64,000 nucleotides of DNA from Eledone cirrhosa (taxonomy: Eukaryota): the NCBI GenBank assembly GCA_964016885.1, contig CAXHJY010000746.1, positions 261,199 through 325,198 on the forward strand, written 5' to 3'. Within the stretch, counting starts at the first letter, position 1. Each line of letters starts with the position of its first letter. This document shows positions 13,085 through 25,229 of this stretch, in pieces. Under the pieces are notes generated by a model, which had not been told where the DNA came from, ran no database searches, and saw nothing but the letters and a program-made list of their open reading frames with translations. Made by a program: the position numbers and the translations under genes.

Positions 13085-13791
13085 GATAGAGACAGAGATG
13101 TATATATATAACAGCAACCATTCTCTCTCTGCCTCTTTCTCTCTCCCATACACTTACATAAGGTTAAAAAATTCAACATTGCGGCTCTCTCTAATATATG
13201 AAAAGAAAGGCAATGTTTTAACTGACAAGTAATTAGATAGATACAACGTCGCACACTCATATTATGTGTCTGTATGGCTGACTGTCTGAATACGTAAATA
13301 AAACACACCCACAAAGGGAGAGAACCAAATGGTAAAATATAGTTATCTCCCTTGAAATTATAATTTTTTTTATAGAATTTTTATTTGTAGTTATTTACGT
13401 GAGTAGGGTTAGGGTTTATCTCATATATATGAGAGAGAGACAAATATATGTATTGCTTAGATACACAGACTGCATTCCTTTCTCTCTGCCAAAGTGAAAT
13501 TCTAATCGACACACATCTTGGATTTTTACCGGAGTTAACTCATTACCTTCATCAACAACACCTGTAAAAGGTAAGTACATATATTTAGACGTGATTATTT
13601 TTATGTCTCTTAGATATTTCCGACGAGACACGTGTTTGTCGTAACAGGATATAGAAAGCTAATTAAGTAATTTAATTTTAATTTTATTTTTAAGAGTATA
13701 TATATTTGTTATTGTTTCTTGGTTTTTTTTTATATATCGATATATCTGCTAGCATGTGTAGTGTGCAAATATATATATGTAAATATATATA

Positions 13792-13838
<47 letters not shown>

Positions 13839-13869
13839 AAATTGAAAAGTAAATTGTCAAAATCTTTTC

Positions 13870-14135
13870 GGTAATTGACAATATCTTTTCGGTAAGAGTT
13901 GGCAGGAGTACCAGGAAGACAGCGAGTTTGGCTTTTACACCTACCCCCTTTCTTCTGATTGCTGAATGCTGAGGCTGGTGCATTACTGCATAAGCTTTTG
14001 CAGTTCTTGCACTTAATTTAGCATCCTGCATTCCATCACTCATGAACACAGCTCCAAGATACTTGAACCTCTCTACCTGCTTCAGTAGAACTTCATTCAC
14101 ATGTATATAAATTTGAGGGACTTCTGTCCACCCGT
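13870..14135 (-). mobile_element. RTE LINE reverse-transcriptase C-terminal fragment
   Basis: LKQVERFKYLGAVFMSDG...SARTAKA, the RT7/thumb motif. Confidence 0.75.
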
Positions 14136-14207
14136 CCATCACACAATGTGTATGTGTGTGTAAAAGGAAGGAAAGGGATACACACATATGTCTAACTTAA
14201 AAACAGT

Positions 14208-14269
<62 letters not shown>

Positions 14270-14339
14270 TCTCTAATTTAAGAACGCCGACAAACTCGCA
14301 CGTGCACATACACACTGTCCTATTACCACTCATGAGCTT

Positions 14340-15000
14340 TGACCCGGGCAAACATCCCCTCAATTTTGAAACCGTCTGGGTTGTCCAGAATTGATGGGAA
14401 AAGACTTCACGGTCTTACTCTATGCTCCTGGTGAAGAGGCAAGTGCCTTACCTGGGACGTCACTGTCAGTGATTCTTTTGCTTCTTCCCACATTCTGGAT
14501 GCAGCGGTAAGGGCGAGAGCTACAGCATCCGCAGCTGAATGGAACAAAATCCTAAAATACCGTGTTCTGTCAGCTAACTACAATATCCAGCCTGGGGGAG
14601 TCGGGCTACTGACAGCGAGCTTCTAATCTTCACTGGTGGCTCACCAAACAGAGGTAACTGGTGATTCTCGTGAGGGCACTTGGTTATTCCAGCACCTCAG
14701 CCTCGCCATTACTCCAGGTAACGCTGCGAGCGTGCTGGCCTGCCATAAATATTATTAGAGAGGCTTCCCAGTGCTCCTCGCTATATTGCTATCTTTTGCT
14801 CTGGTAGCGGCACGTTTTCCATTCTTTCGTCTGCATATTGTTCTATGGTCTAAGATGTGGGTATTACCTGCTTGTGTATTTTTCTCTTTCTTTTTTTTCC
14901 TTTCACTTTCCTTCGTATAAATTATATTTGTGTTTTCCTTCTAATTATATTAAATGTTTATACAAATGAGTTAAACTGTGTTGTTAATAAATAAATAAAA
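14340..15000 (+). mobile_element. CRE-like non-LTR retrotransposon 3' part (restriction-like endonuclease region), degenerate
   Basis: GLSRIDGKRLHGLT..W*RGKCLTWDVTVSD...KILKY...VTGDSREGTWLFQHLSLAI..GNAASVLA, then a T-rich UTR and an aataa tail. Confidence 0.7.
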
Positions 15001-16293
15001 CGTTATACTTGTTTGACCCTCCCATTTTTAATTCATTGAACAATATGACTATGTGTGTGTTTGTGTAAATGTATATGTGTGAATGTATGTCTGTGAGGGT
15101 GTATTTTTATAAGGGGTTGTTCTTCCTCTCTTCTTCTCTCTCCTTGTCTGGAAGAAATCAACTGTTGAAACCTGATCAGTGAAGGGCTCCACCAAGCTTC
15201 AAATGCCCACAGTGGCACCCTTATGACTACATCATAAAAAAAAAAAAATGATCGATGTGTTTATTTTATAAACTGTAACTGATTTATATTTCTGAAAAAA
15301 AATCCATATGTGTAAATAAAAACAATTTTATAACTTTAATATTTGTTGGATGGTACTTTCATGACAGTTTAAATTATGATTTAAATTTTTTTAAAATCAC
15401 ATTTGAAAATACTTTACAACTTTCTTTTCTTTTTGTTCACCCATTTATTTCTGAGAGGGTTGTAGGGGGTAGACTCCTCACACACCCCTTCTAGGTCCTA
15501 TGTAGGTCCTATTGTGGTGTACATTTCCTCTATACACTTCACGCCCACAACACCACATCACTCTGCATACACACACCACATCACTACACCACAATACAAC
15601 CCCATCCCACACAACAAACACACATCTTGACGCACCACATCCAATACACACACCACAATACATACAAACCAGTTAGTTATACCAACCCAGAATCTTGATT
15701 TTAGTGATTTTTTTTTTTTTTTTTTTTTTTTTTTGTAACAAATCTCAACATCTCAGACCTTACTTAACAAGCGGAGTGGGACTCATCAGATTGGACCAAA
15801 GAAACAATGTTTCCATTGGTCTTTCCAATTGATGATATAATCTACAATCTACCAGTTGTAACTCCTGGCAGATAGAGCAAGGTGAAATAAAGTGTCTTGC
15901 TGAAGGACTTAGCACATCACCTAGTCTAGGAATTGAACTCAGAACCATGTTTTAGTGATAGTGGACAGTAAATGGTGATGATGATGGTCATTTTATTTGA
16001 TAGATTGACCAGTTGATCATTTCAGTGGTGTATTATTGCCTTTGTTTTCACAGGCTCCCTTAAAGTCATGAGTAAAAGGTTAGGATCTTGGACTCAATGA
16101 TAGATTTGTGAGTTCAATTCCTGGGCTGTCAGCATGTGTCAGCATGTGTTGTACAATAAGACAATATATTTCATGTTGCTTCAGTCCAATCAGCTGTAAA
16201 AAAAAATTAGTTGTGACAACTCTTGTTCCAAGTTATATCGGCCTTTGACTTTCCTTTGGACAACAACATATAGTCTATATATATTCTGTGTAC

Positions 16294-16328
<35 letters not shown>

Positions 16329-16479
16329 CATGGTATGTATTGCTCTTTAGTTCTTAGTGCAGATTGTTTCATCCGGAATATATGACCAGTGATTTCATTT
16401 CGTGACAGCTTGTTGACATCCATGCCAGCTGATTTTGACAGTTTGTGGGTCATTTTGGAATGTGTTCATCTTCGGCTAA

Positions 16480-17041
16480 CCTCCTGAGGCGAAAAGGTGG
16501 TATTTTCGAATATTTAAGCGGCTGCCACGCCGTTCCCGAAGAAAATATCCAAAATGTAAAGCCACTTTAAGACGTGAAATAATCAGATCTAGCGTAGTGT
16601 AAAATTTGAACAAAGTAGGTTGATTAATGTGGTAGCTAGAGCCGAAAAAGTGGAAATTTGAGTCTAAAAGTGGTATATTTTAATATTTAAGCGGCTGACA
16701 CGCCGTCCCTGAACAACAAATGCAAAATATAAAGCCATTACAGGATGTGCAATGATAAATTCTATTTTGCTTTAAAATTTGAACGAAATCGGTGGCAAAA
16801 TGTGGGAGTTAGAGCCAAAAATCGTATTTTTCGATACCTAAAAAAAAGGTGACCCCCCCCCCCCCATATAGATTTTTATCTGCAGAATGACCCCGGAATG
16901 AAAAAAAAACGATACGCTGAAATATAGAAAACACTCCCCGATGACTAATCTATGAGCCTGTAAAGTTTCACGAAAATCGGTCGTAAGATGTAGGCCCCTA
17001 TAGGTAATACACACACACACATAATGTTATATATATACAGA
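16480..17041 (-). mobile_element. Non-autonomous Helitron-like element
   Basis: Minus strand starts A|TCTGTATATATA...(TG)n...cgattttcgtgaaacttt, with an internal ~180-bp degenerate duplication (tatttaagcggctg). 3' CTRR end not located. Confidence 0.5.
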
Positions 17042-17589
17042 TAAATGTGTCTATATATATATATATATATATCTTCTTCATTTGGTTATTATGGCTCTAG
17101 ATATTGTCTATTGAGCTTCCTTATTGAGAAACACAAAACCCTAAACATATTTGATGTTTTGATTCATTGTTTGTATATATATATATATATTTGTATATAT
17201 ATATGGATCTCAAGAATTTTACCCGCCATATATATATCTATATACATCGTGCAATGTAAAGTCTGAAACAGCTTGTTACCAGTAACGTCACAGCTCATCA
17301 TCATCATTTAACACCCACTTTCCCTGCTAGCAAGGATTGGTCAGGTCTTCACAAACCAGAGTGGAGTCAGGGTCCACATCTCGTTTACATACTGTCCCAC
17401 ATTCTCCTGAGTGTATTGTATTGTGGCACCATTACTTCAGATGTTGTCATGTCTTCAACACAACTGAACGGTCCTCCCATCTTTTTGTTTGGCAAATTTT
17501 CTGTGGCTGGGTTCCCTTCCTATCACCAACAACTTAACATCATACACTAGGAGCATTTATGTAGATCCTAAGACTATGGAGGTTGTCAT

Positions 17590-18130
17590 ATCCTTAACAC
17601 AACTGAAAGGTCCTCAAACACCTTCTTTGGTAAGCTTTCTATGTATTGGGTAACAGTCTCCAGTGCGGTATTGATTCTCTGTTTGAGCTCCATCTCCCGT
17701 TTGCAGGAAGAGGGAGGACATAGACCAGGCCTTTCACACACCCCCATAGAAAAAAATCGCAAGGTGTCAGGTGAGGTGAGCATGGCGGCCATTTCAACAG
17801 CACATTGTCTTCATCACCAGCATGCCCGATCCATATCCCTCGCAGATTGTCATTGAGATAAGCCTGCACAGTGAGCTTCCAGTGAGGTGGAGCCACGTCC
17901 TGTTGAAAAATGAAGTCTTCATGTTCATTTGCAATGAGCTGATCCATTAGCCAGTTCTGAAGCATTTGCAGATAAACATGGCCGGTGACTTTTGCCATTC
18001 CTATGAAATGTGGCCTCATCACTTTGAGTGAATGCCATTTCTATACCTGAAAAGATAAACATATGAAACATTTAACATGTAATTATGACCTGTTTCTACA
18101 CATGCTGTTAAAATTTGAAGTCATTTGAAC
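17590..18130 (-). mobile_element. Tc1/mariner (rosa/DD41D-related) transposase remnant, internally deleted
   Basis: VTGHVYLQML...FIFQQDVAPPH...WIG...WPPCSPHLTPCDFFLWG. Confidence 0.88.
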
Positions 18131-19184
18131 GGGAACTGGCAAAGTTATTAGAGTGCGAAATGATATCAAATTTGTTTCTTTATATTATCACCATTTCCGT
18201 TTAACGACAATTTTTCTATGCTTGCATGGGTTGGACGGGTCGTCTGGCCAGGGTTGTTTGTGTCACACGTTGCTCCGTTCGGTTGTAGGTGTCTAAACAG
18301 CCGGAGCTCAGCCGTCGGGGTCTTGACTGTTCCTTATGACCCTCTATACGACCGTAAATATCGAGTACTCCGGTGCGGTATGGTCCACGTGGTATGATGT
18401 ATATATAATACATATTCTCTTACCTAGATAACCTAAACCTATAACATGTTTTGCAATAGTTTCCTATCTGATTAGCATTAGGTTCGATCCTACATTTTAA
18501 TTTTCAACCCTCTAGCCTTATGGCGCCAATTTAAGTTGTTTTTAAGGTCAGGCAGGTCAGAAATGTTTTATCATTGTTATTACTGTTTAACTGAGACTTT
18601 TTGAAACGAACCTGCACCCACCCTCCATTTACTCAAGCCGACATGACTTAGCCTTGATGAAATAAATAAACGATACGAAAGAAAATACACAACCGTGGTG
18701 AGACGTGTACACAGATACATATATTTTCCGACACCATCGGCAATTTTCAACAACAACAACAACACCACCATGATGGTAGTTTTGGTGGTGGTGGTGTTTA
18801 TGTTGATGGTATGGTGGTGATGTTACACACACTCACATACATACTACAACTGCAAAAATTAAGAAACGGGAAGAGGAGGGTGGTAGGAAAAACTAGTGTC
18901 GCAAAAGAGAGGGTAGAGGTGAAGGGAGAGGATGATGGGGCTTCGGGCGTAAAGGCCTAAGAGCCGTGCCTCTCGGACAATGGCCAGCGACACCCGCTGC
19001 AACAGCCAGCCAACAACGTTCCGACGTTGTTTTGGAGCTCGGCTGTACGGGGTCGAAGTACGAGTGAGGTGTCGGCGGTGGTGACCTTCCCTCGTATTTG
19101 TTTATTTTCCGTTATTTTTTTTTTTTTGTGAGGCTGGCGTAGAACGTGTCACAAGATGTGATGTCACCATCTCCACAGAGTCGA

Positions 19185-19540
19185 GCCGCTGACTGCGAGG
19201 TTCCTCTCTTCACTGGCGGCTCGCCTAATAGAGGTAACTGGCGAGGGCGCTTGTTTCTTCCAGCACCTCAGCCTCGCCATCACTCGAGCTAACACTACCA
19301 GTGTGCTGGCTTGCCTCAAATTTTTTTAGAGAGGTTGCCCAGTACCCTTGGCTGCTGTCTTTTGCTCTGGTGTTGGCTCCGTTTTGCACCCCTTCAATTT
19401 ATACTGTTACTTAAGCATTTGTAGTGTTATGTATATATTTAAAACATATTTATGTTATTCTACTGTAAATTTATTTATATGCTTTGTATATATCATATGT
19501 GTTTATATTTTCACTCCCATTTGTAACGTTATTTAATATA
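19185..19540 (+). mobile_element. Second CRE-like 3' fragment
   Basis: ttccagcacctcagcctcgccat and its flanks match 14610-14820. Confidence 0.65.
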
Positions 19541-19800
19541 TAATAATTGTTTCTACTTTTGGCACAAGGCCGGCAAATATTCAGTGTATTACTGGTACTT
19601 TATTTAATATATAATAACATTTCAAATTGTAAGATGTAAATAATTGTTCCAAATGTATTTAGTTGATAACAAACTATCAAATTTCTTTTATTCACAGTTG
19701 TATAAATAATATTAGAAATCGTTTGCAATTCTTTCAGAATGAAAATATAAACAGAGCATATAAATAAATTTACAGTAGAATAACAAATATGTTTTAAATA

Positions 19801-19860
19801 CAGTGATACCTTGAGATACGAGTGAACCGACATACGAGTTTTTTTTTAGATACGAGCTAG
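19801..19860 (+). mobile_element. pogo/Tigger-like terminal repeat fragment
   Basis: ta|cagtgataccttgagatacgag with repeated tacgag sub-motifs; no partner end seen. Confidence 0.35.
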
Positions 19861-20359
19861 CGCGTGCCTGAGAGGGGTGCAGAATTAATTTCACCCGGTG
19901 AGCCCCAACCAAAGTTACACCCGTCGTTTATATCCGTAAAGTGACTAAAGATTAAAACAAATGTAATATATTTACGGTTAGGGTTGAGGCGATACTTGGT
20001 TTTAGTGTCTTAAATTATCATCGACATTCAGTTATTAGCTCCACGCACTACACGACACGTCATCAGCTGCTGCTGCTTGATTTTTACATGTTAATTTTAC
20101 ACGAAAAAACATTGAATTTTTAGAATAAATATTTATTAAAATATTAACAGAGAAAATTAGATTTTTGATTTAATTTTTTAACAAAATAAATATTTATTTA
20201 CAGTTTTTCACAGAAAAACTATGCTTCATTTTTACATGAATATTTATTTACAGTTTTTAACAGAAAAAATATTGCTGCGAAATACATTTTTTTTTTAACA
20301 GATTTACAGTTTTTAACAGAAAAAAAAAATTCTTTAAACAATATATTTTTTTACCTGTG

Positions 20360-20660
20360 CAATTGTATGCGTGATGTATGTAGTGAATGGGTTGAACAAA
20401 ATCTGGCGATACTCGGTGGTCTTGATTCTAACAGAATACGAATAACTGTACAAATTGAGGAGAGCAAATATTTTCATCGTAAATATGCTCGTGGGCTCTG
20501 GCATGAAGGACATTGTGTCATTGGCGCAATTGATACTAATAATTCCCGCAATATTTTTCTCCATGAAATCCCTGATCAGGCTGCTGAGACTGCTGCCTCT
20601 CATTGAAAGGCACTGTGCAAATGGATCTATGATCCATACAGATGAGTGGCGGGTATGCAC
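20360..20660 (+). mobile_element. Merlin (IS1595/ISXO2-like) transposase fragment, frameshifted
   Basis: VQIEESKYFHRKYARG...VIGAID...AETLLPLIERHCANGSMIHTDEWR. Confidence 0.85.
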
Positions 20661-21079
20661 AAAAATACAGATCCATAAACATTTATGTGTGTGGATCTAT
20701 GTATATAGATAGGTAGATGGACAAGGGTGTCCTCACATAGGAGGTTTCCCGGTTGTTGTAATGATAGACTCCAGTTCTATCCCGAAAAACTTGAAATGAA
20801 GCAACTGGCTTATTAATGCAATGTGCTGCCAGACCTAGGGTTTGATGTTATGTTTATGAGTGCAGCACACTAACCATTGAAGCCCCACCATCACATACTG
20901 AACCTACATTAGAACACTACCACACACTACAGTACTACCAGACACTATAACACTGCCATACTACACTACCACCATCACACTACATCACCACCAACACCAC
21001 CATTCTATATATTCAGATATATCATATCTACCCCACCTTTAACCCTGGCCCTTTATAACCCCTAAAATCTCTATTTCAG

Positions 21080-21266
21080 ATATATCGTCATTCCTACGTT
21101 ACCTCTAAATATGTAACTGCTTCACCACGGCCGTTGTTGTCCCTAATGAAGGACTGGGCTCTGCTACGCAACAGCAATGTACCAGATGGTTTTGAGAAAT
21201 ACTTCCCTGGAGCTAAGGAGACCCTGCCACGAAAAGAGGCCCGACCCAGTGGTGCCAAACCATAAG
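21080..21266 (+). pseudogene. Orphan exon resembling the AFG3L2 (m-AAA protease) N-terminus, with an in-frame stop
   Basis: ctatttcag| ... |gtatgc. IYRHSYVTSKYVTASPRPLLSLMKDWALLRNSNVPDGFEKYFPGAKETLPRKEARPSGAKP*. GFEKYFP recalls the AFG3L2 PKGFEKYFP motif (from memory, not searched). Confidence 0.5.
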
Positions 21267-21719
21267 GTATGCTTAATCTCTCTCTCTCTTCTAGACACTT
21301 CTATAAGGTCATATAATTGAACAGTGTCATTTCTAAAATGTGAAAAGAAAGGCAATGTTTTCAGTGACATAATTAGAAAGATATAGATACAACGCCGCAC
21401 ACTCATATCATATATATATATAAAACTGTGTGTGCCTCTCCTCATTTTTGCAAAGTCTATACAAATCCACATTTCTACTCTGATTGGCTTCAAACTTGCA
21501 TTTATATATTCCTTGTGGTCTAAAGATATTAACTGCAGCTTTTATTTTTCAATTTTCTGTTTTTAAAGAGGTGTTAGGCACCAGTTATCGATCTCCATCG
21601 TGCCCTTATAATATCTGTTTGTATGTCTGGCTGTCTGCATAACGACATTATGATCCATGACGTCAGCAATGACGTTAATCTTCGCCACATTCACACACAC
21701 ACGCGCGCATGCGCAGATA

Positions 21720-21771
<52 letters not shown>

Positions 21772-21960
21772 TATGTACGTATGTATGTATGTACGTATGT
21801 ATGTGAGTTTCAGAAGATCCCGTTAAGGGTGAAAGCAGCGATTCTTTGCTTAAACTTTAATCTGTTATTTTAATAAATATATATATATATATATCATAAT
21901 TGAATATAAAAGAAAAACGAACACAGATATATACATGTGTTCAAATAGTAAGGCATGAGA

Positions 21961-22338
21961 TTCGCTAAGGTGAAAAGAATACTAACTATAGACAATTTAA
22001 GAATAAATCAATAAAATAAATACAAACTTGGCTGCTATCTTTAGTGGTGGGAGTTTGTGAGACACGCTAAGTTCAGATACCATGTGCGTTATATATACGC
22101 ACACTATTCAGTTTTTTAATATACTTAGAAATGTCCATGATAATAATTCTTCATCCACTGATGAGCAAGAATTGGTATTCCTCTTCACAATTAATTTTGC
22201 GAAACAGCATTACCAAAGGTGTCTGGGTGATTGGTACTTACCACAATTCCGGTTTGTATTTCTTTTCTTGATTTATTCTTAAATTGAGTCTGGCAAACCC
22301 TATTGTCTCTAGTTAGTATTCTTTTCACCTTAGCGAAG
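21961..22338. mobile_element. Inverted-repeat-bounded ~380-bp element carrying the hammerhead (Penelope-like/retrozyme-like)
   Basis: 21961-22027 is the reverse complement of 22252-22338 apart from a ~20-nt indel and a few substitutions. Confidence 0.6.
22151..22230 (+). ncRNA. Type I hammerhead ribozyme
   Basis: Stem I tcatcca/tgggtga; CTGATGA at 22158-22164; stem II gcaaga/ttttgc; GAAAC at 22201-22205; GTC triplet at 22221-22223. Confidence 0.8.
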
Positions 22339-22344
22339 CTGAAC

Positions 22345-23130
22345 CCGGTGGTCAAACGGATCGGTCCCACCCGTGACAGCAGTCGTTCGACATAGCCCCA
22401 CAGATAGGCAATGCGCGAGCACTGTACAATGCGTGTGCAACTGTTTCCTCGTCGCACCCGCATCTGGGACAGATCTTTTTCGAGGGGTCTCTACCAGGGC
22501 GCCCGTGTCTGTAGAGCCTTTCTCGAACGGGCAGAGCCCCTCGGTGGCACTGCCAGGCCAGGGACCTCTGGAAGTTATCCATAGGTCCCGGGCTGAATGT
22601 CCTACCGAACAGGTTGGCCAGTTCGTTTTCCTCCATGCCTAGGGCTTCTCCGAGGGTGTTGCCGCACCTGCTAACCACCAGCCCTCTATAGAATGACGAG
22701 TTGGATTCTCCACTGACAGCCGGGTCCGCCTGCCAGAGAGCCGTGAGCGCCTGGGCACACTCGGTGTGCCAGGCGCCCAATTTTCTCGGTCTTTGCTTGA
22801 CCCAGGATTGCAGCTCGGTGAGTGAGACGAGTCTGGGAAAGGCTCGCCTCACAAACGGGGCCCACACCGGTTGACCGGTGATGAATACCTGGAGGTGCCG
22901 TAGCCTTAATGCGTGTTTACGCATCACCAGCCACGGCATCTCAGCCCTCCTTTCGAAGGGTGTTGACAGCAGATGGATCTCCTCACCATAGGAGCCCGCT
23001 TCTTCCAAAGGAATTGGAAGAGTGTGCGCTCCATTTTGGAGAGCGTTTCCCTTGGGCAAGGCACGACGGTCAGGCGGTAGTAGATGTGTTCGCCACCTCC
23101 GCCCGACGACGGCATTAACAACTCCAACTT
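22345..23130 (-). mobile_element. L1/Tx1-clade LINE ORF2 C-terminal fragment (zf-RVT and CCHC)
   Basis: KMERTLFQFLWK...CCQHPSKGGL...FQRSLAWQCHRGALPVRERLYRHG...CPRCGCDEETVAHAL. Confidence 0.85.
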
Positions 23131-23199
23131 CTGCAGCAGTGGCTCTAGTTATTACATACAGAAGGGAGGAGAGAGGGCAGGGCACCCTTGTCGGATGGA

Positions 23200-24406
23200 C
23201 CGCGCGATTTCGAACGGCTCCGAGAGGTAGCCGTTCACCTTGACAAGAGCAGAAGTGCGTGCCTGCCTGCCTTAAGTCGTCCATGTTGTGGCTCCAGGTG
23301 AAGAGTTTGTACCTGAGCACAAATATGCGTGCTCATTTGCATGGTGACATGTCTGCAGCATTTGGTGAGAATATTTTAGCACTTTGTGAGGGCAAGGTCC
23401 CTGCGGATGACAAAGGCGGAATAGCAATCGACTCCCTGTGCAACATTGTGAGCAGCCCTTCTGACCTTTTGGAAGCAGTTTTTCCTAATGTCTCATCTAA
23501 CTTTAAAAACCTCGATTAGCTCAGCGAAAGAGCCATCCTTGCTCGGAAAAATACCATGGTTAATTTTATTAACGAGCAGCTGATTGAGAAGATTCCCGCT
23601 AAAGAACACGTCTTCAAATCTATCGACCTGGCGTCAGACCCCGACGATATCGTTAATTATCCGGTTGAGTTATTAAATTCCCTTGAGCCCCCAGGGCTCC
23701 CACCTCTTATTCTTAAGCTTAGGCTGTCCCATTATGCTAATAAGGAACTTGCGTCCACCAAAGCAGTGCAACGGTACTCGCATGGTCAAGTCAGTGACGC
23801 TCCACTTGATTGAGGCCACCGTTGTAACGGGGTGCTGGAGAGAGGAGAATGTTTTCATTCCAAGGATGAACCTTTGCCCCTCGGCGTCAGATATCCCGTT
23901 CGATTTCCGGCGAGACCATTTTTTTTTTTTTCCAAGTCCATTAACAAGTCACAAGGGCAAACATTGTTGGTGGCGGTCATCCATTTGGGGGAGCCATGCT
24001 TCTCCCATGGCCAACTTTGTTGCCAGTTTCCGCGTATGGAGCAGGAATGGACTTTTTGCTTACACTCCTCAAGAGATGACACGCAATATCGTCTACTATG
24101 AAGTGCTATAGATGTTTGAGTTATGCCGTCTGGAAAACTGGTTGGGTCACCCATAGCGGACAGATCTGACACGCAGCGGCACCAGGGCCACCATCTTGCA
24201 ACTTTGTTCTACTAAATTCGCTATTGGAAGATTATTAAGCCATCATTGATTGTCCAAAATGCTAATTGGTTTGTAACTATTAATAACCGGTTCAACTGCT
24301 TTATGCACTTAATTGATAAGATTATGCGCTTTCAAGCTACGTTTACCTGTATGTAACTTTTCATAGCAAATGAACAAACCCGAGTAACGCCGGGCTAAAC
24401 TGCTAG
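23200..24406 (+). mobile_element. Helitron 3' part: degenerate PIF1-like helicase plus 3' terminus
   Basis: ACLKSS..LSTNMRA...ERAILA..N...YPVELLNSL..PGLPP...PIMLIRNL..CNGTR...FIPR...SINKSQGQT; hairpin cccgagtaacgccggg followed by CTAG|T at 24403-24406. Confidence 0.93.
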
Positions 24407-25229
24407 TTATCAATAATGTTATATCTCGCAATGGCCATACTCGATAACGAGGGCGCAGTCATTATGTATGGTGTTGTGATTTTTATGTACAGTATATTAT
24501 TATTAGATGGGTAACGTGCCTGCAGTAATCGGTAGAGCGTCCTCTCAAAATGTTTGCATTTTGCCCAAAGCAGAAACAATTATTATTGTTGTTTGTAGTA
24601 TTAGTAGTAGTATTCATTCTATTTTGTGTTCCACGTGGTTGATATTTCATCACCACAACACCACCACACCACCACACCACTACACCACCACGCCACCACA
24701 CCAACACACACCACCAACACACCACTACACCAACACTGTCGCCACCAGTTGGGCTACGTAGTCAAAGTGAAGGAAATAGAATTGGTGAAAGATAGACATA
24801 CTGATAGAAAGATATATGTATATATAGAGAGAGGAGGGGGCGGGGGTTAGATAGAAAGACACAGTTATAGAGATACAGACAATTACGCGTGTTGTTGTTT
24901 CTTTGATTCCGATAATACACATGTGTATCTAACAGTGATGATATGTCATATAGATTATTGAGAGGAAATGAATATTTACAAAGAAAAGCTGAAATATAAT
25001 TTTAAAAAAATTAACGAATATTTATTTTTTATCTTTTGGAGTCAGTCAACATTTACCGCCATGTTCTTTGTTCTTTGTTAACAATAAAAGAATCTAATTT
25101 CTGACATACACCCTACTTCCGATCTTTAACCGCAGCCATTATATCAGAATGTATCTGTGCGTATGTCAAACTGAGTGCATGTGTATGGGTAGGTGTATAT
25201 ATAAAAATGTGTGTGTGAGTTGGTCCCAG

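Noticed and set aside
22352-23320. 322-aa ORF as an intact gene or LINE-Helitron fusion protein
   Set aside because: Crosses frameshifted L1 fragments and the antisense strand of the Helitron helicase; a chance junction.
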